From the human T2T-CHM13v2.0 reference genome, Homo sapiens: a stretch of 64,000 nucleotides of DNA. How positions within the stretch are numbered: the first letter of the stretch is position 1; each line of letters starts with the position of its first letter. The position numbers were made by a program, and so were the translations under genes. The stretch is taken from NCBI RefSeq assembly GCF_009914755.1, contig NC_060928.1; one strand, 5' to 3'. Shown one piece after another: positions 47,998 to 64,000 of this stretch. The notes below the pieces were generated by a model. The model saw only the letters and a program-made list of their open reading frames with translations, was not told where the DNA came from and ran no database searches.

Positions 47998-48510
47998 TGA
48001 TGGGAGCAGGCCACCCAAAATCTGGCCATAAAGTGGCCCCAAAACTGGCCATAAACAAAATCTCTGCAGCACTGTAACATGTTCATAATGGCCCTAACAC
48101 CCACGCTGGAAGGTTGTGGGTTTACTGGAATGAGGGCAAGGAACACCTGGACCGCCCAAGGCAGAAAACCACTTAAAGGTATTCTTAAGCCACAAACAAT
48201 AGCATGAGCGATCTGTGCCTTAAAGACATGCTCCTGCTGCAGTTAACTAGCCCAACCTATTCCTTTAATTCAGCCCATCCCTTCATTTCCCATAAGGAAT
48301 ACTTTTAGTTAATTTAATATCTATAGAAACAATCCTAATGACTGGTTTGCTGTTAATAAATATGTGGGTAAATCTCCATTCAGGACTCTTAGCTCTGCAG
48401 GCTGTGAGACCCCTGATTTCCCAATTCACACCTCTATATTTCTGTGTGTGTGTCTTTAATTCCTCTAGCGCCACTGGATTAGGGCCTCCCTGACTGAGCT
48501 GGTCTTGGCA
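47998..48510 (+). mobile_element. MER9 solo LTR (HERV-K HML-3)
   Basis: TG..CA termini, aaaatctggccataaa.tggccccaaaactggccataaacaaaatctctgcagcactg; 6-bp TSD acttcc. Confidence 0.9.
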
Positions 48511-49330
48511 ACTTCCCAATCCATGACAACTGCCTCCACCCCCACTGCCAGTATCACATCAATTTGCATATCTACTACCAGTCAAGTTGGAAGTACCTTC
48601 AAAACTGCTGAAACTATCAGCACACTTGCTTCCACAGATGTCACCATAGCTATTGATCTGAAATCTAGAAGCACCACTTCTAATGCCACAAACTTATTTA
48701 AGACTTTTGCCACAGATATGATTGCAATCAGCATATCTATTGCATTTACCTTGAAAGGTGAGACAGCTGAAGTTTCAACATTTAACGTTTTATCTACATA
48801 TGAACCTACTAACCATATATGGATGATACTATTTCATCACTGTCTTTACAACACCTGCAGTCACTGCTGCCACTACCATATCTGAAGCTTCAGTACCTAC
48901 CACACCTGCTCTTACATATTCTCCTTCTACTCCTATCTCTATATCTGATGTTGTTAGTAATCTGTCTATCTGACCATATCTAGGGACTTTCCCCCAACAT
49001 CAATTGACATGTCAATTGTCAACGTTTCTCCTGCCACCACTCCCCTGACAACTATACTTGCACATCTGCACTTACTAATACCAGCCCCCACCACAGTTGC
49101 TGTCTCTGCCTCACCTGGAGGTACTACCAGCCACTCCCGCTGTCACCCTTTACCACCACTGTGGCCTACACTGCCCTTTCTCCCATAGGCACAGCTTCCC
49201 CTACAAGGTCCAACCTTACTACCACTTCTACTTCCATTTTCCCAGAGGCTGCCACAGCTACTCTCTGCAACACCAGCTGCCACTACTGTTTCTGGAACAA
49301 GAGCTTCTTCTACCACATCTGGATCATCTC

Positions 49331-49714
49331 TGATATTGTTTGGATTTGTATCCCCACCCAAATCTCACATCAATTGTAATCCTCAATGTTGGGAGAGGGA
49401 CATAGTGGGAGGTGGGTGATTGGATCATGGGCACGGATTTCCCCCTTGCTGTTCTTATAATAGTGTGTCCTTACAAGATCCCCTTGTTTAAAAGTGCATA
49501 GCACCTCCCCCCTTTGCTCTCTTCCTCCTGCTCCAGCCATGTAGGATATGCCAGCTTCCCCTTCACCTTCCGCCATGATTGTAAGTTTCCTGAGGCCTCC
49601 CCAACCACGTTTCTTGTACAGCCTGCAGAACTGTGAGCCAATTAAACCTCCTTTCTTCATAAATTACCCAGTCTTGGGTAGCTCTTTATAGCAATGGGAG
49701 AACAGACTAACACA
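49331..49714. mobile_element. MSTA-type MaLR solo LTR
   Basis: tgatattgtttggatt..ccccacccaaatctca ... ctttatagcaatg.gagaacagactaacaca; 5-bp TSD atctc. Confidence 0.9.
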
Positions 49715-50704
49715 ATCTCCCCTAGCAAGAACCACATCTTCTGTCACCACTCTAGCTGCCATCACTGCACTGGCTCTCATCACAGTTTTACTTACCACCT
49801 CTTATACTTAAACCCACTGTTTCTCTTTCTACCACTACACTGGCAGTCACCAATACTTCCTCAGGTTCCTCCATCACTGCTACCACTAATACTTGGTCTG
49901 ATTCCACCACATCTTTTAACATTTCATCAGCTTCCATTACATCTGCTGCCTCCAGCTCACAATATAACTGTGACCACCTTAATCCCACAGACATTCCTAC
50001 TTCCTCTATCTCAACTGCCTCATCTACACTCTTTGACTCTACCATACTTGAAATTGATTTTGCCTACTTCCTCTATATAGTAAATGCCCTAGTCCCCACA
50101 GAGGATGTGACAACATCTTATCCCAATGCATTTGATAATATTACACTTGATTATGAACCTGACACCACTGATCTCCACATAAGCACAACTGATTTCATCA
50201 GTTCTTCTAATGCTTTTACAAACTCTGATATTACCAATGACTGAATATTCCTACACACATATAAGCTAACTTCTCATTCCAAACTCTATATACCCACTGC
50301 TGTTTTATTTATCACCACTCTCTGCAACACCAGCTGCCACTACTGTTTCTGGAACAAGAGCTTTTTCTACCACATCTGGATCATCTCTGATATGGTTTGG
50401 ATTTATGTCCCCACCCAAATCTCATTTCGAATTGTAATCCTCAGTGTTGGAGGATGGACCTAGTGGGAGGTGATTGGATCATGGAGCTGGTAATTCTAAT
50501 ATTTACCACTTTATGTCAATCATGGGGTTGACAGGCAGACATACAGATAATTACTGAAAGACCTAACCTGACACCAAAAGCTTTGTAATGATTATTTCTT
50601 CTAAGAAATGTGTTATATTGTATATAAATTAAATATATGTTTATTTGATGTTATAAGGAAATACAATCACTATGCTGATGCTATGGATTGGTGGGGAAAA
50701 AATT

Positions 50705-52800
50705 TAAGGAAAGTATAGGAAGAATCAATATCATTAAAATGGCCATACTGCCCAAAGCAACTTATAAATTTAATGCTATTCCTATCAAACTACCAATGAC
50801 ATTCTTCACAGAACTAGAAAGAACTATTTTAAAATTTATATGGAACAACAAAGAGCCTGAATAGCCAAGGCAATCCTGAGCAAAAAGAACGAAGCTGGGG
50901 CATCACATTATCTGATTTCAAACTGAAGTAGGGGTTGGGAATTGACCCCAGAGGCAGGGCTCAGACACAGACCACATTGAAGACTATCTAAAACAGGGCA
51001 GGGTCAAAAGAAGCTTTCAATCAGACCAACCCACTAGTGTGCCAAGTCAATTTACTGTTGTCATGGCAACATCTGGGAGTTACTGTCCATTTCCATGGCA
51101 CTCAATAATCCAAAAGTTACTACCCCTTCCCTGCATAAACCACCCCTTAAACTGCATGCAATTAAAAATGGGTATAAAGATGACCCCAAAATTGCCCTAA
51201 ACTGCTACTCTCTGCCTACAGGAGTATCTCTGCTCTGCAGGAGCAGTCAAGGAGTTATAACACCACTGGAGCTGTAACACTGCCTGTTCAATAAAGCTTT
51301 TTTCTTCTCCCTCTGGCTTGCCCTTGAATTCTTTCTTGGGCAAAGCCAGGAGCCCTCCCAGACTAAGCTCCACTTTGGGGCTCACCTGCCCTGCATCAAA
51401 ACTTTACTACAGGGCTACAGTAGCCAAAACAGCATGGTACTGTTATAAAAAACAGACACATAGATCAATGGAACAAAATAGAGAGCCCAGAAATAAGAAC
51501 ACACACCTATGAGCATCTGTTCTTTGACACAGCTGACAAAAAAAAAGAAATGGGGAAAGGACTCCCTGTTTGATAAATAATGCTTGGATAACTGGCTAGC
51601 CACATGCAAAAGATTGAAATGGGACTCTTTCCACAGACAAAAATCAACTCAAGATGGATTAAACACTTAAATGTAAAACCCCAAAATATAAAAATCCTGG
51701 AAGACAACGTAGGCAATACAATTCTGGACATTGAAACAGGTAAAGATTTCATGATGAAGACACCAAAAGCAATTGCAACAAAACCAAAAATTGATGAATG
51801 AAATCTAATTAAACTTAAAAGAAACCATCAACAAGGTAAACAGACAACCTACAGACTGTGAGAAAAAATTTGCAAACTATGCATCAGATAAAGGTCTAAT
51901 ATCCAGCATCTAGAAGAAACTTAAACAAATTTACAAGAAAAAAAAACAACCCCATTAAAATGTGGGCAGATGACATAAACAGACAGTTTTCAAAAGATGA
52001 CATACATGCAGCCAACAAGTATATGAAAAAAAGTTCAATATCACTGATCATTAGAGAAATGCAAATCAAAACCACAATGAGATACCATCTCACGCCAGTC
52101 AGAATGACTATTACTAAAAAGTCAAAAAATAACAGATGCTGGCAAGGTTGCAGAGAAAAGAGAACACTTATACACTGTTGGTGGGAGTGTAAATTAGTTG
52201 AACCATTGTGTAAAGAAATGTAGTGATTCATCAAAGAACTAAAAACAGAACTACCATTCAATCCAGCAATCCCATTGCTTGGTAAATACTCAGAGGAATA
52301 CAAATCATTCTACCATAAAAATGCACATGAATGTTCATTGAAGCACTGTCCACAATAGTAAAAACATGGAATCAACCTAAATGCCCATCAATAACAGACT
52401 GGATAAAGAAAATCTGTACATATGCATGATGGAATACTATGCAGCCATAAAGAAGAACGAGATCATGTATTTTGCAGAAACATGGATGGAGCTGGAAGCC
52501 ATTATCCTTGGCAAACTAATGCAGAAAGAGAAAACCAAATACCACATATTCTCACCTATAAGCGTGAGCTAAATGATGAGAATTCATGGACACAAAGAAA
52601 GGAATAACAGACACTGGGGCCTACTTGAGGGTGAAGGGTGGGAGGAAGGAGAGGAGCCAAAAAACTAAATACTGGGTACAATGATTAGTACCTAGGTGAT
52701 GAAATAATCTGTACAACAAACCCTCATGATATGAGTTTAACTATATAACAAACCTTCACATGTACCCTGGACCTAAAGTAAAAGTTAAAAAAAGAAGAAA
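50705..52800 (+). mobile_element. 5'-truncated older L1PA (ORF2 3' half and 3'UTR), interrupted by an LTR
   Basis: ORF2 C-terminal fragments 51604-52572, 3'UTR and A-tail. Confidence 0.9.
50924..51398 (+). mobile_element. MER41-family ERV1 solo LTR nested in L1
   Basis: TG..CA termini, 4-bp TSD aaac, internal TATAAA and AATAAA, ...ttggggctcacctgccctgcatca end. Confidence 0.75.
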
Positions 52801-53567
52801 AAAATCTGAAGATGAAATGCAAACTACTCAGATTAACTAATATTAGATATAAGAAAAGTATGATATTTAAAAAACTGATGGTAATATCATCAAGAACAAC
52901 TCTCATCAGACTGAACAAAAAATTTTAGTGAGCCTACAAAAATGTGAAAGGGTTATGGCTCTGTTCACAAGGCATCTGTTTTTGTTGTTGTTACTTTTTC
53001 TCTATTTCATTTATTTCTGCCCTTATATCGCTTTCTTTTTTCTCTTGACGTATTTTGTTGCTTTTGCGAAGTTCTAAGAGATGCTAAAACTTTAGCTCAT
53101 ATATTTTCAGTCTTTCTTATTTTTTTATAAATATTTGAGAGCTAGAAGTTGCATTTCCCTTTGTATCCCATAAATACTGGTTTTTTGTGTTTCGCTTTTA
53201 TTCAGCTATAAATATTTTGTAATTTCCTTTATTAATTATTTTATAGTCTCAAATGTATTAACATGTGATTTCATTCATATGCGTAGGGATATTTTTAGCT
53301 AGCCTGATTTCTATTGATTAGCAAGTGAGTCTACTATGACCCCAAAAATAATCGACACAGATACTTCTATTGAGAGCACATACTTAACCAGAGGAAAATA
53401 TGCATATTAAGACACAATCCACTGTTTCTCAGGAAGTAATCAAGGTACAAAGGACAACTGTCAACTGAACAAACAACCAACCATTCTTGGTATAAAAGCC
53501 TCAATCCACACATGACCTTTACTCAATTACAGTATTTCCTATTCCTAAAAGAATCTAGTAGGAAGGC

Positions 53568-53716
53568 TATAAGAAATGTTCTCTTACTGATCCTTCTTAT
53601 TTGCCACCTTAGATTTTAAGTTGCTTCTTGGCTACCAAAATGCCTAGACACAGTAACTAACAAGAATTCAACTGACAAGTAGTTTGACCAGACTTGGAGG
53701 AAGGATTCCTTCAAAG
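53568..53716 (+). promoter_or_regulatory. Third SMR3B/OPRPN-type TATA plus non-coding first exon; probably the distal first exon of MUC7 (coding exons outside the window)
   Basis: TATAAG at 53568; ttcaactgacaagtagtttgaccag resembles SMR3B ttcaactggcaagagtcattttgaccag; donor CAAAG|GTAGGTAC as in SMR3B; the MUC7 assignment rests on recalled gene order. Confidence 0.6.
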
Positions 53717-54771
53717 GTAGGTACCTGGGAATTCACAAATTAAGACTTTTGAATAGAGAATCAAGGTTATTTTTTTAAGCATTGCATTTCTAATGATTAC
53801 TGTAAAAATCCACTGGTAGAACAGCATTTCTAAATGTTCTTCTAGATTAAAATATGGTTAGTAATGCTATTTTATTTTTCTAATCTTCAATGTAATTTAA
53901 CAGTATGACAAAAAATTCATGAGATTTCATAGGACTAATACTAGTGAACTCCACATTCTTCCTAATTTACCATGTCTTGATTTTCTCTTCTACTGGCAAA
54001 TAATTTTTTAACATTAGTGATATTTCCTGTCTATCTGACATTAGTCCTAAAATAATTCACTGTATGGGGAGCTGTATGCTACTTTTCAGTATGTAATGGT
54101 TATATCTAGTTTACTTACATTTTGGCTAAGAAAAACTCCAAATAAGAAGAAAAAAAGACCACAAAAATCTTTGATCTCCAGGGGGAAAAACAGCTTTGCC
54201 CTAGATAAGGTCTTAGATGCCATGAAACCAAGAACATATGAGAAAAATGTTTTTACAATAGACTTTTTTCTTTGTATTGTATTTACTTTTTTTTCATTTG
54301 TAACAAGGCCAAAAAGGCTTTTATTTGCCTTATAGAGTCAATTCAACAAAACTGTGTTTAGTGCTTACCTTACACAAGACAATGTGCTCTGTGTTGGGAA
54401 TACAGATACAAACAATAAACATCTTCAAACACAAAGAGTTCATGGTAGATGAAGTCAGAGGGTATTTTTCATGAATTTAAGAGCATATGATTTTCATTCC
54501 TACTAGTGGGTTTTTTTTGGGGGGGTGGGAGATGAATATACAACTATTCTAGAAGTATATAATGTTTTAAAAGAGAAAACTGAAACTGTTTCCAGATCAA
54601 GGTTATATCACAATTCTTTAGGCAATAACATTTGATTTAATCAGTTGTAGTTTTCATTGGAATTACATAAATGTTATTTCTTATTCAACCGTAGTAACAT
54701 TAGATGAATATGCACTTATTAACCAATTTCACAGCTTTGAGGGTAAGTCTGGTTTAAATTATGGGTTTCAA

Positions 54772-60894
<6,123 letters not shown>

Positions 60895-61429
60895 AGGGAG
60901 CTGCTTTTAAAAAAATCTATTCTTTACCCTCACTAAGTCCTGGAAAGGTTCATGAAGAAAATAGAGTTTGAGCAGATCTTGAATAGATGTCCATATATAA
61001 AGAGCTAGCTTTGGATACTATAAATAATTTTTAAAAGAATATAACTAATAATGCCTGTCCAGGCCTGGTTGTTTTTGAAAATCATGTGGAATGTAGAACA
61101 GCACTATCCCTTCTATCTGTAAGCTACTCAAGCTGTAAGTAATGGCTCATGTACTGGAAAGGCTTACAACCTCAAAAGAGTATCATTTTGATCTTAGAAA
61201 CTTCATTTCTGTCCAGGTGCCATTTATTACCATTTCTGAATAGGTAACCACAGGGTACTGATCAACATCATCCCCAACCAAAAGTCCAGACATTGCAATA
61301 TAATAAACTGCATTTGTTTTTTTCTTTCACCTTTTTACAACACAAAAATAATAACTATCATAAAGAAAGCTCAAATTCTTAAAGACTGTTGATGTTTGTT
61401 TGATAACTCCTGGAAAATATTAGCCCTGA

Positions 61430-61792
<363 letters not shown>

Positions 61793-61934
61793 AGAAATGA
61801 AGTTTCTAAGATCAAAATGATACTCTAAAAGTCTGCACTCTAGATATAAGAATCTAAATGTTTTTTCCAATAAGAATTAATAAACCTACTCCAGGTTATA
61901 TTCAAGGGACACTAATACAAGGTAAACAATTGAT

Positions 61935-62540
61935 TTATGCATTCAACATACATTTATCAAAGTCATATCATGTGGCAGGCACTGTTCAAAGAACTGGAAA
62001 TACAGCATAGAAAAGAAAGAGAGTTACTGCTCTCACTGAGCCTAGTTTCATAAAGAAGGGAGGCAAATCACAAGAAACAAAATAAAGAAATTGTTTTAGA
62101 CAGTGATAAAAATAAACTATGGGAACTAAAATAGGGTGAAATGATAGAGATTAAAAAGGCTAGTTTAGATTGGGTGTTTCAAAAAGCCTTTTTAAAGAGA
62201 TGTCATTTAAGCTGAATAAAAAGAGAAAAAATAACAGCCAAGTGATGATATTGGAGTAGAGAATTCTAGACAAAAGTCCACCAAGGAGGGAAGAAGCTTA
62301 GCAGGTCAGAATCTGGAAGTGAGTGATTGTGAGGGAGAATAAGGTACGAGCTGGTTCCTTTAGCACCTTCTAAGTGGTGGCAAAAAGTCTGGATTTCATT
62401 CAGAAGTCAATGGGATCCCACTGGGAAGTTTAAGCAGGGGATTTGGTGCCCGACTTTTGTTTTTAAAAGCACTCTGCCTCCTGTTTGGAGATAGGCTATA
62501 GGGGATCAAAATGAAAGTCGAGAGGTTAGGTAGTAATGGA
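61935..62540 (-). mobile_element. L2 fragment
   Basis: attcaacatacatttatc..atgtggcaggcactgttc...; gggaagtttaagcagggg..ttttaaaagcactctg. Confidence 0.6.
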
Positions 62541-63554
62541 GGCCACATCATTTAGTTCATCATACCTAGTAAGACTGAACATCATATTTCTAAATAAAAG
62601 TACACATTAATATGTTTATACATTTATAATAATATAATATTTATCTTAAAGTGTTATGTTATGATTTTGTTCACACTTTTCCTCAATAATCACCATGGAC
62701 CTATTGTACAATGGTTTCTTATCTTAATTTCAGTAATTTTATATGTATTATTTCAATCAAATAAGACTGTTTAGAAGTGAAAATTTAAAAGCACTATATG
62801 AATGAAATGCATTTTGTTAATCACACATGCTAATTGATAATTCATTAGAATTTAAAAATTATTATGTTTAATATCTTTAAACATTTTAGCAGTTAAATTT
62901 CACTTATTTTAGAAATTTTTGAAAAGTTTTAATGTGATGTTTAATAGAGTTTATCTTCACAACAAAACTATGACCAGAAACTCTGTTTTGATAAATCAGA
63001 AAATTATTTTTTAACTCCAAGATACTATCAGCATTAGTTATTATTATTCATTTCTTAGTCCTAACATATATAAAAAGAGGTCACCATATATGTCATCTCG
63101 AATGTGAAATACCTAGAGATGCACATATATGGAAAGAAGGAAGTATAATTTAAAATAATATTCAGCATAGGTTTATGTTGTTTCCTCTCATTTCTCTGAT
63201 GCATGTTCCATATACTATTATATCTGCATAATATTATATTACATAAAAACTTAATTTTTAAAAGTTCCTGGAGTCAAATAGCTTTAGAAATAGAACAGAA
63301 ACATTAATTTTTTTGTTTTGATTTAGCTGCAGAATTTCTCAGCATCTTTAAAATGTCATATGAATTTCATGCTCCAGTGGAGGAATATACAATAATATTT
63401 CTCATTATCAATGCTCAACTTATACCGCATGAGCACATGCATCATATCTGTCTTGTACATCTTTGAATTCCCCCGCATCTAACACTCTGCCCAGGACAAA
63501 GCAACAGTACGTAAATGATAAATAAGAAAACAAAAACAAAAGGAGAAGAAATAA

Positions 63555-63785
63555 AACCTAACATTTGATAGATCAGTAAGGTGACTATAGTTTATAATAA
63601 TAATATGTTCCAAAATAGATAGAAAATAATTTGAATGTTTCTAGCATAAAGAAAAGACACATTTAAGGTAATGGATATCCCAATTACACTAATTTGATCT
63701 ATACAAATTTTATTAATGTATTAGGTTATCACATGTACCCTGAAAATATGTATATCTATTGGACATCAATTCAAAACATAATTTA
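63555..63785 (+). mobile_element. Old L1M 3' end
   Basis: gatcagtaaggtgactatagtt..aataatttgaatgtttctagcataaagaaaagac..ggatatcccaattac..tatcacatgtaccctgaaaatatgtatatcta. Confidence 0.7.
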
Positions 63786-64000
63786 AAAATGGAGGGAGAC
63801 AGAAAAATAGAAAGAATAAAAACAAAATAGAGGAAAAAGGGAGGGAAAGAGAATGGATGAGAAGAAGGAAAATTAACAGCACATCCCTTGTAGGAAAAAG
63901 ACATGCTCCCTCAAAATACATTTTGAGAAACATAAGGCATGCTAAACATTTGGAAACATAAACAGTGGGCCCAGGACAGGTGGGGTGAGGGGAGCCCATG

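Overview
Primate (apparently human) genomic DNA, recognised as part of the SCPP salivary/lacrimal gene cluster (human 4q13.3). It holds two complete 3-exon paralogous genes on the + strand: SMR3B (79 aa proline-rich protein, N-terminal QRGPR) and OPRPN/PROL1 (248 aa, opiorphin QRFSR precursor). A third paralogous promoter and non-coding first exon lies at about 53.5-53.7 kb, probably the distal first exon of MUC7. The rest is mostly L1, Alu, LTR, Tigger1, MER5 and L2 repeats plus a 1.6 kb alternating purine/pyrimidine tandem array. The most notable unexplained signal is a large decayed coding-like exon between OPRPN and the third promoter (about 39.5-50.3 kb). It has a basic Lys/Ser/Asn-rich part followed by a Thr/Ser/Pro mucin-like part and is split by an L1PA, a MER9 LTR and an MSTA LTR; removing either LTR rejoins the reading frame, consistent with a dead mucin-like SCPP gene. 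Also seen: the SMR3B 3'UTR is a fossil in-frame continuation ending like OPRPN (...IFG*), and there are several template-switch-like local duplications and inversions. Repeat subfamily names come from recalled consensus sequences, not from a database search.
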